Shown here piece by piece: positions 10,821-21,245 of a DNA stretch of 47,444 bases (position 1 is the stretch's first letter; each line of letters begins with the position of its first letter). Source of the DNA: Prasinococcaceae sp. CCMP 1430. Its lineage: Eukaryota; Plantae; Prasinodermophyta. Made by a program: the position numbers and the translations under genes. The notes under the pieces were generated by a model. That model did not search any database, was not told the origin of the DNA, and saw only the letters and a list, made by a program, of their open reading frames with translations. The DNA is taken from positions 94,077-141,520 of the forward strand of contig RQSC01000020.1 of NCBI GenBank assembly GCA_013416795.1, given 5' to 3'.

Positions 10821-11014
10821 CGCGGGGACATCGGGACGTGACCAGGGCAGCGGGCAGGCGCCGTGGAACACGAGTGGCGCGTGGACGCTACCGCCACTCC
10901 CCGCCTGCACACTCGCGCGTAGCGCGTGCGGCAGCACCTCCGCGCCTCCAGGCTCGGCGCGCCGCGTCTGGCGAAAATGGCGCTGTTTGGTGAGTGTGCA
11001 CAGACCGGGTACTC

Positions 11015-14000
11015 TTACAGCACGCTGTTGACGAGCAGAGCGTTGAGCAGCCCCCTGGCCATCTGCTGGACGAGCAGCAGCTCGCCGTCGCGTTCCCTCT
11101 CGAGCAGAGAGCGCAGCTGGCCCGCGAGGTTGTGCTGGACGATGAGCTGTTTGGGCTTGGGGTAGTGCTCATAGGTGATCTTGATCATCTTGAGGATCTT
11201 CAGCTGGCCCTCGGCGCTCAGGTTGTGCTCCTCGAGCCGCGAGATGAGCGCGGGCGCCAACCCGCTCGTGGCAAGGGCCACATTCATCCGTCTGCTCTTG
11301 GTGATCACCCTCAGGAAGGGGTCAAGCGCGGCGACGAAAGGCGCCCCTGACAGGCGCGCGAACAGGTCAACCAGCCGCTGTAGTGCGTCGGGCTGCAGCA
11401 GCGCGGCCTCGACGCGTTCGGGCTCGTTGACGAGCCACACGGAGATAGAGTCCAGTGAGGTGACCTGCCAGAACTCCTGGGACAGGAGGTCGATGTAAAA
11501 CTGCAGCCCGCTGTGGCGCCAGAGCTCAGCGCGCGTGCGTCGGCTGGCGTGCGCCATGTCGAGCAACAGCGGCAGCGCAAAGTGCTTGAGCGGCGAGTTG
11601 GTTGATACGAATCGGCGAAGGTGCGGCACGATGCCCGCCACGGCTGCTTGCTCCTGCCGGGTCTTGTTGATCTTGCAAAGGTTGTACATCGAGTTGAGCA
11701 CCTGGTTGTGCATTTCCGCCCCGGCGGCGGCCGACGACTCCGCAAGGAAGGGGACCAGCCGCTTGATGGTGCCAGCGCGCTGTAGATCGTCGAGCGTTGT
11801 TGGCTCCGTGCTCAGCTGCTTGATAGACTTGAGCACCTTCACGAGCACATCCATCTCAAGCGAGTCGAGCGTCTTGTACAGCCTATGCAGGAGTGGCAGC
11901 ACGCACATCTGCGACTTGACGACTTCATCTGCGTGGCTGAAGACCAGCAGCAGGTCGACGACTTTCTCGATGTACTCGCAACATCTCCGCAGCGACGCCG
12001 ATGCTCGTGCCTTTTCCCGCTCGACTGCACCGCCCCCGCCCACCCCGGCGCCCTCCGCGCCGTTCTCGACAGCTCCGGGGTGGCTCTGCCCATCATTGGC
12101 GCCTCCACGCCGGTTGGCGGCCACCTCCTCCGCCTCAAGCGACTTTCGCTCCCCATTGATGGCCGCCAGCACGTCAACCAGTCGCTCGAGGAGGCCGCAC
12201 TTGGAGAATAGGCGGGCGAAGTCATTCTTGGGTGTCGGGCTAAGCAGCTCGAAGACCTTCCAGATACCGTCGATGGCCATGAAGACGATATCGCGGTTCT
12301 CCTCGTAGTCATAGTCCAGAAATGTCACGAGCACGGGGAGGCCACGGCAGGCGATGAACATTTGAAGCGTGAGGGTCGACGTGGCAAGCATCTGCCTCAC
12401 GAACTCCGCGGCTTGGATGCGGATCGGGCGCATGGTCGAGCCGGCAAACCGCATGACTGTTGGCACCAGCCCGACGAGGCACAGATTCTCGATGAGCTCT
12501 GCGTTGTCCTCAATGGCCTGGTTGACGACAGACAGAACGGCGTTAAGAATCTGCGGGTTGGGGACGTCGAGCATCTCCATGATGGGGATGACGCCGCGAT
12601 GCGTGATCAGGTGGCGCTTGGTTGACGGATACTCCTTGAAGAAGGCCACAAGCTTCTGGCACGCGCTCAAGACCACACCCTCGCGCTTGTCTGGGCGTAG
12701 CAGCGCGAGCTGCTGGTTGATCTCCTGCGCATTCCTGCCGTGCGGGTCGGCGCTGTCGGAGCCCCGCGCCCGCTCTTGGCTCTCGTACTCGACGTCCTCC
12801 TCACCCATGATCGCAGCGAATGGATCGGCCTCGGCGTCGGCAGCGCTGCTCGCCGCCTCTTGCACCGCCGCCGCTGCCGCCCTGAGCTCGCGCCTGTGTT
12901 TCGCCAGCCTTGCGCGCAGTTGGTCTCCGAGTGTCACGCCAGGGGCGCTCGCGACCGCCCATGGCTGTCCCTCGAAGAGAGAGGGCAGGTCAAGCCTGTC
13001 GACGTCGGCCAGCTGCTGCAGCCGCCCCGCTTGCGGCGCCAACTGCTCAGTCCGAAGCTGCAGACCCGCGTCAAGCAGAGGGACGTCTTCGGGGTTAAAT
13101 CTTTGCTCGGTCCGCATGGCTTCCAGGCGCGCTTCGAGGCGGGTAGGGTCGTATGGCCCCCCGCCTGCCACATCAGCAGGTGCTGCAGACTGCGCGGCGG
13201 CCGCCCCCCCGGCCCCGACAGAGAGCGCCTCGCGCCCGTGCCCAGCCGCCTGTGCGCTCTCGTCAGACGCGCCTTCAGGGGGCGCCTTGTTCTTGCCTTT
13301 CGCAGATGCGGACAGCCGCCCGCTCGCGACTCCGTTGCTGCCAGGCGGCGCCCCCGCGCCGCCCGTGCCGCCATCGGCTCCCCCGTTGGCCGCCCCCTGC
13401 TCCCACAGAGACGAAGCGCGGGAGCGCGCACCAGCGTCCTGCACTCGCGGCGTAGTCACAGGCGGCGATTGGGACTCCGGCGAGCCTGCATCCAGCTGCT
13501 GCGCCGACTCGCCGTTGGCTCTGGCGCTCCTCTTTCCCGCAGAGGGCATGCGCGATGAATGTAGCCGGTGCTGCCTGCCCTTCTTCTTCGCATTGCGAAT
13601 CCATGGGTGGTTCAAAAGCGTGCGCGCGTCCGGTCGCAGTGTTGCATCCTTGCGAAAGCACTGGTGCAAGAAGTCCTCACAGCCCGGCGAGCAGTTGTCA
13701 GGAAGCTTCGGCAGGTCGTCCTGGACGATGCGGAAGAGCGCCGGCATAGGCTGGAGGTCAAAGTACGGCGGGTAGCTCGTGAGAAGCTCGATGATAGTGC
13801 ACCCGACCGACCATATGTCAGAGCTGGAGCTCCACCCGGACATTTCGATGACCTCGGGCGCCATCCAATACGGCGAGCCCACCACGGAGTGCATTTTCTT
13901 GTCGCCCTCTGTGAGCTTTGTCGCCACCCCGAAGTCCCCCAATTTCGCCGTGCCCTCTTTGGTCACGAGGATATTGGCCGCTTTGATGTCTCTGTGCAGC

Positions 14001-14398
14001 ACGCCCTGCTCGTGCAGGTACACCAAACCCTCCAGGACCTGCGCGATGTACATCGCTGCGAGGCTCTCGGGCAGCGCGCCGAACTTGGACGGCTTGATGG
14101 CCGAGGACAGCGCGCCGCCCTCGACGAACTCGAGGATGATATACAAGTGATTGCGCGTCTTGAAGGAGCCGAGGTACCGGACCACGTTGCGGTGGCGCAG
14201 CATCTTGAGCAGGTCGATTTCGAGCATGATCGTGCCGAGCTCCTCGCTGGGGATGTTCTCCAGACTGACCTGCTTGATGGCCACGATATCTCCATTCTGT
14301 AGGTCGACGCCCTTAAACACTCTTCCGTACGCGCCCCTGCCGATCTCCTCGCCTAGGAGGTACTTCTCGTTGAGCGTACGGCGTCCGACGCGCGACAT
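11015..14398 (-). CDS. MAP3KE: MAP3K-epsilon / Cdc15-Cdc7-like Ser/Thr kinase with C-terminal ARM repeats, intronless, 1127 aa
   Basis: KYLLGEEIGRGAYGRVFKGVDLQNGDIVAIKQVSLENI, HRDIKAANIL, DFG, GSPYWMAPEVIEMSG and PPYFDLQPMPALFRIVQD match plant MAP3K-epsilon as I recall it; long helical C-terminal region. Confidence 0.95.
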   Translation of the reverse strand: MSRVGRRTLNEKYLLGEEIGRGAYGRVFKGVDLQNGDIVAIKQVSLENIPSEELGTIMLEIDLLKMLRHRNVVRYLGSFKTRNHLYIILEFVEGGALSSAIKPSKFGALPESLAAMYIAQVLEGLVYLHEQGVLHRDIKAANILVTKEGTAKLGDFGVATKLTEGDKKMHSVVGSPYWMAPEVIEMSGWSSSSDIWSVGCTIIELLTSYPPYFDLQPMPALFRIVQDDLPKLPDNCSPGCEDFLHQCFRKDATLRPDARTLLNHPWIRNAKKKGRQHRLHSSRMPSAGKRSARANGESAQQLDAGSPESQSPPVTTPRVQDAGARSRASSLWEQGAANGGADGGTGGAGAPPGSNGVASGRLSASAKGKNKAPPEGASDESAQAAGHGREALSVGAGGAAAAQSAAPADVAGGGPYDPTRLEARLEAMRTEQRFNPEDVPLLDAGLQLRTEQLAPQAGRLQQLADVDRLDLPSLFEGQPWAVASAPGVTLGDQLRARLAKHRRELRAAAAAVQEAASSAADAEADPFAAIMGEEDVEYESQERARGSDSADPHGRNAQEINQQLALLRPDKREGVVLSACQKLVAFFKEYPSTKRHLITHRGVIPIMEMLDVPNPQILNAVLSVVNQAIEDNAELIENLCLVGLVPTVMRFAGSTMRPIRIQAAEFVRQMLATSTLTLQMFIACRGLPVLVTFLDYDYEENRDIVFMAIDGIWKVFELLSPTPKNDFARLFSKCGLLERLVDVLAAINGERKSLEAEEVAANRRGGANDGQSHPGAVENGAEGAGVGGGGAVEREKARASASLRRCCEYIEKVVDLLLVFSHADEVVKSQMCVLPLLHRLYKTLDSLEMDVLVKVLKSIKQLSTEPTTLDDLQRAGTIKRLVPFLAESSAAAGAEMHNQVLNSMYNLCKINKTRQEQAAVAGIVPHLRRFVSTNSPLKHFALPLLLDMAHASRRTRAELWRHSGLQFYIDLLSQEFWQVTSLDSISVWLVNEPERVEAALLQPDALQRLVDLFARLSGAPFVAALDPFLRVITKSRRMNVALATSGLAPALISRLEEHNLSAEGQLKILKMIKITYEHYPKPKQLIVQHNLAGQLRSLLERERDGELLLVQQMARGLLNALLVNSVL

Positions 14399-15287
14399 GG
14401 CTCCTCAAGCAGCTTTCGCTACGGGACCGCGGCGGCACACCCTCCACCGCACGCCCCACCGCGCGCCTAGGCGTCTGGAGCCACCGCAGTCGCGGCGAGT
14501 GCCCTACCGAAAACAACCCGCGGCGTCAGCGTTGGCGTTGGGCTGTTAGGGTACTGGTTGCGAGTGCACCCCGGCTGCCTTTCTCCCCCGGGTTTGACCC
14601 CAGTCATCCCCGGAATGCATCGTTTGTGTTCCATCGCTCCCTGCTCGTGTGGGCGTTTCCGCTTTTCGGTGCACCAGCGCGATGGTATGCACGTTTGCTT
14701 TGTTGACACGCAGGCGTGTGTTGTGGGGTGGGGTGAGGGATCTCCGTGGCTGAGAGCTCTGAAAGATCCAGCCGTGCGGGACAGATTTTATGCTTGGTTT
14801 CCGGCTCCGGGCGTCGCGCATGGATAAAGCTCGGGCCCCCGTGGCGCAGCGCGGGGCTGCCGTCAAGGGATGTCGCGTTGGGGGAGGCGCCGCGGGCGAG
14901 CCATACCTCTCACCCACCCCCCTCCCGCCGATCCACCAGCGATGGCGGCTGTGGCGACGAGCGCGCGCCCGGCGCGCGACGCTGCCGGCGCGCCGAGACT
15001 AGCACCTCGAAAACACGTGCGTACAGCGCTTTGGCAGTGGCGTCGCGCGCTGTGACCCCGGCGCCACCCCAGCCCACCCATGCAGCAGCGCTTGGTGCGC
15101 TCCAGGCGCACACGCTTTCAAACTGCCTCGCGCATGTACGTGGACGCGCGCGCATGCACCAGCCCATACTTTTCCCGGACAAAAAAAAATGATTCGAGCA
15201 TTAGTTGGGAATGCGCTGCAGCACGTGCGGATCAAATACATGGTCCTGCGACACGAGTGGAAGGCGGTCGCGCTGGCGCATGCGCGG

Positions 15288-15358
15288 GCGGTGGCGGCGA
15301 GCAGGCCCTGCAGCGCGCGGCGCGGTGGCGGCGAGCAGGCCCTGCAGCGCGCGGCGCG
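15288..15358. repeat. Perfect 34-bp tandem repeat (2 copies plus 3 nt)
   Basis: GCGGTGGCGGCGAGCAGGCCCTGCAGCGCGCGGC at 15288-15321 and 15322-15355. Confidence 0.92.
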
Positions 15359-15431
15359 AGGGCAGGCGCCGCCTCGGACTCGCGAGAGGGTTGCGGACGC
15401 ATCAGCTGACGCGGCCGCGCCGCGGCGCGCG

Positions 15432-16343
15432 TCACTTCGAGGCGAGCACCTCCTCCCACTCGGTCCACTCCTCCGCGGCGTCCAGACCGGGGTCGCCAGG
15501 CTTCTCAAGTTTGACGAGGTCGGGGTCGATAAGCGCGGCACGCCAGCCGGACTGGCCACCGAGGATGCCGTGTGTGAGCCACACATACTCGGCGAACGAG
15601 TCACCGGTCGCCTCGACGCGCAGCTTGAGGCGGATCTCGCGCGCTGAGGGGCGCCACTCGGCCGTCGACGCACATTTGCAAAGCAGCATCTTGTCGAATT
15701 CGAAGACGCAAAGGTCGTTCGAGGCGCTCACGTCGTTGCGGTCGGACTCTGTGACCGGTAGAATGCGGTCCTCAATGCGCCCGTTCGCAGGAATCATCGC
15801 CACCCGCACGCGCGCGGGGTTGCAGCCCTCCTCAAAGTGCAGCGCGAGCGCCGGCCTGTTCCTGAAGTCGTCGGGTATCTGCGCCTCACCGCTCTCCCAC
15901 GTGACGGCCTTGTCTGCCTCGCCGCTCACCTTGATTGCCACCTCAACATCCACACCATCAGTAGCGATGGAAACGAGCTTGAAACGCCCCTTCTCGGACA
16001 CGCAGCGGCCCTTGAACAAGCCGTCCTTGTCGTCCGCGCAGAGAATGCTCACGTGTTTGCGGCCGGGCCATCGCTGCGGTCCGCCGGGCTCCGGAGCCTC
16101 CTCGGGGGGCAGCGTGAAGCCACCATCCCATACCGCGCCGCCGCCTACCACGGCCGCCTCGTTGGAAGCGCGTCTCCCCTCGTCGTCGGACGACCAGCGC
16201 TCGAGTGCATCCCTGGCCGCACGCCGCGCCGCGCGTGGCAGCAGCGGCCAGACGGATCGGATCAGCGCCACCAGCGCCGCCCTCACGCACGCGCGCAGCG
16301 GACTGTACGGCGGTCCGCGCCACGTCGAGCGGCCGCTCGCCAT
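15432..16343 (-). CDS. Hypothetical protein (about 303 aa), no family recognised
   Basis: Long frame with normal amino-acid composition (HVSILCADDKDGLFKGRCVSEKGRFKLVSIATDGVDVEVAIKV...) and host-like codons. ATG at 16343. Confidence 0.65.
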   Translation of the reverse strand: MASGRSTWRGPPYSPLRACVRAALVALIRSVWPLLPRAARRAARDALERWSSDDEGRRASNEAAVVGGGAVWDGGFTLPPEEAPEPGGPQRWPGRKHVSILCADDKDGLFKGRCVSEKGRFKLVSIATDGVDVEVAIKVSGEADKAVTWESGEAQIPDDFRNRPALALHFEEGCNPARVRVAMIPANGRIEDRILPVTESDRNDVSASNDLCVFEFDKMLLCKCASTAEWRPSAREIRLKLRVEATGDSFAEYVWLTHGILGGQSGWRAALIDPDLVKLEKPGDPGLDAAEEWTEWEEVLASK

Positions 16344-17371
16344 CGCATCCGCCGCCAGACGCGCCGGCCCGCGATCGCGCGGCCGCTGGACCCTCGCCCC
16401 GCGGGCGCGCCGCGGCGGCGGCGAGGGCGAGCGCGGCAGGTGGGGTGCCGCGCTGCAGCGCTCCCGCTGTGTGGCACCCACCGCACTGCGTTCTGTCCAT
16501 CGTTTGACACAGTAGACTAATGCTAAGTACTACACGTCACATGAAGCCACGGGCGAGTATTTTCCAAGCGACGCAGCATTCATTCATTTTGATGGCGGCA
16601 GGGGACCCGAGAACGGCTGCGCAGACGACCAATCAGCGACGACGATGGCGACGGACCGGTCGCGTCCTGCCGTCAGGGGCGCCACGAGGAGCGTCGCCTC
16701 GAGCGCCTTCCGAGGCGTCCACGATGTGGATGCAGCATGTGAGAGCGGCCTGCGCGCCGCGGGGTTCGTGCAGGCACGCGGCGAGCGCTTTGCGGCCGTC
16801 CGAGCCTCCCCTTCGAGCCAACCCGGCAGAGTCGTGTGTGAGCAACTCCGGAGGGGTCGCCGATGTGCAAGTGCCCGTCTTGCTATGAGTTGAGTGCCGT
16901 CGAGCTCGCCACGCCCTTGCCTTCGAGCTCGCCTTCACCAGGCGGCGCTGATGTCACTCTGGCCGCTCGGGAACGCTCCCGGGCCTGCGTTGTGCTCGGG
17001 CGCGCCTTTATGTATGCGCCTGCAGGGCGCGCGCACCTGTCCCTCTGACGCCTGCTCAGCCGTGCAAGCCCTCGCCCGCGGCCTTCGCTGGGATGTGCAG
17101 GGGCGGCAAGGGCGTCTGCGCGAGACCGGAGCGCAACGGTGTCGCGTCGAGGCTTGTCGAGAGGTCGCCGACCTGCGCTCAGCCGCGAGTGTCGCGCACC
17201 GCATGCGCGCGACGCACGGCGGCCCCGGCGATGCACGGCGGCGCGAGCTGCATCTCGTGCGGAGGCGGGCGCGAGCGGCCCGGCCCCGCGCCACGGCGTC
17301 GGGCCCACCCCCCCCCGCGTCCTGCTCGCTCCGTCCGTCGACCATCACCTCGGTTCCTCAGACCCTCGGCA

Positions 17372-18259
17372 ATGGCCTCCCCGTCTCAGGTCAGGCGCAT
17401 TCGCGGCGGCGCGCGGCGGCCGTCGCGCGCGCCTCCCCCGACGCCGTGTATGAGCTCGCGGGAAGCCTCGACCTGACGGTGCAGGGCGCGTACCTCGCCA
17501 TCCTGCTCCTCCTCATCGGCGGCGGCGGCTTCCTCACCGCGCGCCAGATCCTCATCCGACGCGAGCTCGACATGACCGCCAAGGACCTGACCGACTCGGC
17601 GCGAAAGAACGAGGCGACCAGCGACGAGTACTTCGAGCTGGGCGTCGTGCTCCTGCGCAAGCGCTACTACGCGCCTGCCGTCAAGAACCTCAAGCAGGCC
17701 ATCGAGACGTGGGAGGGGGACGAGGCAGACCTCTCGCAGGTGTGCGAGCGCGTGCGCGAGCGCTCGCCAGGCCGCCGTGTTCCGGGCACGCCTGAGGGTG
17801 CCCCCCCCCCCCCCCTCCCCCCCCTCTCTGTTCGCGCTCCCCCGCGCTCGCCCTGGTGCGCGCGAAACGCGCGCGGGGCGTTGACGTGAGCTGCAACTCT
17901 TCCCACCCCACCTCCAACTCACACGCTACACGCCCCCGCACTCTCGCGCGCACTCGCGTCTCCCGCGCGCCCCCCAGGTGCACAATGCTCTCGGCTTCGC
18001 CTACACGGGCATGGGCTCGCTCTCCGCAGCCATCCGCGAGTACCGTGTGGCCGTCGAGTTTCAGCCGGGGTACGTCATCGCGTGGAACAACCTCGCCGAC
18101 GCGTATGAGAAGGCCGACCAGCTCGAAGAGGCGCTGGAGGCCTACCGCGAGGCGCTGCGCTACGACCCTGACAACGAGATCGCCAACAGGCAAGCGTCCA
18201 AGCTCGCCATCAAGGTGGAGCGCCTGCGTGGCATCCCCAAGCTGCCAAGGAAACAGTGA
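17372..18259 (+). CDS. PYG7: Photosystem I assembly TPR protein PYG7/CGL71 (Ycf37 family); intron 17740-17977; 5' end uncertain
   Basis: TM helix then RQILIRRELD...YFELGVVLLRKRYY...WEGDEADLSQ|VHNALG...QPGYVIAWNNLADAYEK. Phase-0 intron GTGTGC...CCAG. Candidate starts are 17372 (2 nt out of frame) or in-frame 17203. Confidence 0.93.
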
Positions 18260-18487
18260 AGGCGCGGTGGGGCCAGGGCGAACGGGCGCGGTGGCGTGAG
18301 CGAGCGCGGATGCGCGCCCGCGCCCGCAGGTGCGGATTTAATTGCGGTGGGCGTCCAGGATGCAGCGGCGCGCGAAGCGCGCGTGCGCGGGTGAGGGGCG
18401 GGCCGGTCGCGGGTGCTCAGGACGCGATGGAGCCTTATATCCTCCCACCCCCCTGCGGGGCCCGCGCGTGCACGCGCCCCTCTGCTT

Positions 18488-20545
18488 CTACTCGTACAAG
18501 GCCGCGTACCTGCGCTGCGCGCTGGCGAGCGCCTCGGCGGTCGTCGGGTTCACGGACCTGCGCTCGCCCGTCCCCTCTGCGTGCCGCGCAGTGCGGCGCG
18601 CGAGGTCCTCCGCGGCGGCCGCCGAGATGGTGCCTGCCGAGCCCGTGGGCCACGTAGCCAGGTCTCTGCAGCGCTGCGCAATGCCCTCGTCGCGTCCCCA
18701 GGCCTGCGGCTCCACGTAGTCCCCAGCGTACAGCGTCCGGAACTGGTCCTCAGGAAGCACCGAGGGGAGTGCGGCTGCGCCCAGCGGCGCGGTGGAGGCG
18801 CCGCACGACACGCGGTTGGTCGTCGCTGCGCCCGCGATGTCGTTGGCGCCCTTTGCGGCCGCCTCATTCCCGTCTTGCCCGTCGAACGCTCGCCTGAACG
18901 TCGTCGCGTTTCTCTGGCGCGCAGGCTTGCCACCTGGCCGGCCGCCCACGTGCAGCAGGTACTGCGGCACCTCGAACGTCTGCGTGCGGACCTTGCTGCT
19001 GACGTACTCGTTGTTCGATCCGAAGGGCGCGGCTTCGAGCTGCTGCACGGTTGTGGGCGGGCCCTGCTCGCGGCATGCGACCTTGAGTTGCGCCGCGTGG
19101 TGCGCGTTGGACAGCGTCTCGCTGTACACGCTCCTGGGCGGCGCGACACTCCCCTGGTGCTGGAAGCTTTTGATGGGCACCTGCGAGGTGCTCAGCGCGG
19201 CGCGCAACGCCGCTGCCGCGCTCTGCGCCGCGTTGCGGCCCATCGAGGACGGCGGTACGCCCTTGCGAGGCCGCGCGGCCTTGTACGCCTCGGCCATGTT
19301 CGCGGCGTGCTTCGCCCGGGCCTTCTTCAGGTAGATGCGCCTCGCCGCTGCCGCTGACGCCTTCTTGGCGTGCGACTCGGCCACCCTGGCCTTTCGCTGC
19401 TCCTCGGTCTCCCCCGAGTGGAAGAGATTCATGTGCTGGCGCGTATTCTTGCTGACGTTGTTGGCCATAAACTCGGTCTTGGCCTGTGCCTCCTGCTCTG
19501 TCGGGCGCACGTCGAAGTAGTCGCGCCCCATCGTCGACTGCTTGCGCGCGATGTCGTGTGCCACGGCGCTGTGCGCTGAGCGCATCACCGCAACGAGCTT
19601 TTGCTTTTCTTCGATGCTCGCCCCCTTCAGGGCCTCGTCTATGCGCTCACAGTTCGACTCGTCGAAAAGATCGCCGTAGTACAGCCTGCGGCTCTGCACA
19701 GACTCGTAGAATGCATCGCCCGCTGCCGTGCCCTGATAGCCACCGAATCGCTGCCGGTACTCGGAAGTCGCCGGCCGGCGCACAGTGCCGTCCTCGCGTA
19801 GCCGCGTGGCGTTTGCCGACCGACGCAGGCCGTCGCCCCACGCGGATTGGTACTGCGACTTCGCTGGCTTTGACCGCATCACGTCGCTCCCCATCTGACC
19901 GCGCTCAACGGCACCGTTCGCCAGCTGCGTGGTGGTAACGTATAGCGCCGAGAGCGAGGCGTCGGCCAGAGTATCCGCCCCTTCCCTGCCGCTGATCCCT
20001 CCGGCATTGTCCTCATTGTCCTCATCTGCGGCGTCTGCGGCGTCGCGTCGATCAGTACCTAGCACCTCCTCGGCAGGCTTCGAGGGGATGGCGCCATTCG
20101 ATGCAGCGGCGCGAGCTGATTGCGGGCGGCGACTCGGCTTGGCGCTTGACGCCCGCGAGTGAGCCTCGTGTGCGTCAATGGCATTCTGGAGCTCATTGAC
20201 GTCCATGCGCTGCGCAACGGCGGCGATGCCCTGCGCGGCATTCGTTGGCACGCTGCCTCCCGATGAACGGCGCAGCGGGGCCGACTGTGGGCGCGAGCGC
20301 GCGCGCCGCTCGGCCGCTGCGGCATCAATTTCCCGCCTCGCGGTGTCGAGCTTGGCGACGCTGAGCAGCCCTCGCAGGCCCTTCGCCTGCTCCTCCGTGG
20401 CGCCGCCGCGCCCGCCCTGCAGCCACTCGGACAACCGCGCCGCATATTGCGGGTCGCGGTACGCGCTCGCGCTCTGCGGCCTGCGGCGCGCCTGCGGCGC
20501 CATCGCCGCCACCACCACCACATACACCCTTCTCCCCCCCACCAT
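18488..20545 (-). CDS. Low-complexity 685-aa protein with three RPQSA motifs and several T/S-x-Y-x-x-x-F/Y-like motifs; possible ciliary microtubule-associated protein
   Basis: Long ORF with host codon usage. RPQSA three times; ATSEYRQRF, KSQYQSAW, STMGRDYF and RTLYAGDY. The functional call is inference. Confidence 0.65.
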   Translation of the reverse strand: MVGGRRVYVVVVAAMAPQARRRPQSASAYRDPQYAARLSEWLQGGRGGATEEQAKGLRGLLSVAKLDTARREIDAAAAERRARSRPQSAPLRRSSGGSVPTNAAQGIAAVAQRMDVNELQNAIDAHEAHSRASSAKPSRRPQSARAAASNGAIPSKPAEEVLGTDRRDAADAADEDNEDNAGGISGREGADTLADASLSALYVTTTQLANGAVERGQMGSDVMRSKPAKSQYQSAWGDGLRRSANATRLREDGTVRRPATSEYRQRFGGYQGTAAGDAFYESVQSRRLYYGDLFDESNCERIDEALKGASIEEKQKLVAVMRSAHSAVAHDIARKQSTMGRDYFDVRPTEQEAQAKTEFMANNVSKNTRQHMNLFHSGETEEQRKARVAESHAKKASAAAARRIYLKKARAKHAANMAEAYKAARPRKGVPPSSMGRNAAQSAAAALRAALSTSQVPIKSFQHQGSVAPPRSVYSETLSNAHHAAQLKVACREQGPPTTVQQLEAAPFGSNNEYVSSKVRTQTFEVPQYLLHVGGRPGGKPARQRNATTFRRAFDGQDGNEAAAKGANDIAGAATTNRVSCGASTAPLGAAALPSVLPEDQFRTLYAGDYVEPQAWGRDEGIAQRCRDLATWPTGSAGTISAAAAEDLARRTARHAEGTGERRSVNPTTAEALASAQRRYAALYE

Positions 20546-21245
20546 GCACTCCGGCCCTTACAGGAACGCGTGCGTGGCCTGCCGGGCCTGACGCGCCCCA
20601 ACGGCGCGGGTCCGTCAGTGGCGCGCGGTGCGATGCCCGGCGTGAGCGCGGACTTCCTACCGGCTGGTCCCGCGGANNNNNNNNNNNNNNNNNNNNNNNN
20701 NNNNNNNNNNNNNNNNNNNNNNNNNNNNNNNNNNNNNNNNNNNNNNNNNNNNNNNNNNNNNNNNNNNNNNNNNNNNNNNNNNNNNNNNNNNNNNNNNNNN
20801 NNNNNNNNNNNNNNNNNNNNNNNNNNNNNNNNNNNNNNNNNNNNNNNNNNNNNNNNNNNNNNNNNNNNNNNNNNNNNNNNNNNNNNNNNNNNNNNNNNNN
20901 NNNNNNNNNNNNNNNNNNNNNNNNNNNNNNNNNNNNNNNNNNNNNNNNNNNNNNNNNNNNNNNNNNNNNNNNNNNNNNNNNNNNNNNNNNNNNNNNNNNN
21001 NNNNNNNNNNNNNNNNNNNNNNNNNNNNNNNNNNNNNNNNNNNNNNNNNNNNNNNNNNNNNNNNNNNNNNNNNNNNNNNNNNNNNNNNNNNNNNNNNNNN
21101 NNNNNNNNNNNNNNNNNNNNNNNNNNNNNNNNNNNNNNNNNNNNNNNNNNNNNNNNNNNNNNNNNNNNNNNNNNNNNNNNNNNNNNNNNNNNNNNNNNNN
21201 NNNNNNNNNNNNNNNNNNNNNNNNNNNNNNNNNNNNNNNNNNNNN

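Noticed and set aside
14400-15280. Intergenic stretch with short inverted words (GGATCT/AGATCC, GTGCAC palindromes) considered as ncRNA
   Set aside because: Stems of 6 bp or less, no coherent fold and no known RNA motif.
16500-17370. Possible extra exons or ORFs between the divergent hypothetical gene and PYG7 (CTGAC...CTCAG acceptor near 17058)
   Set aside because: I could not build a frame-consistent model; they may be PYG7 5' exons but are unsupported.
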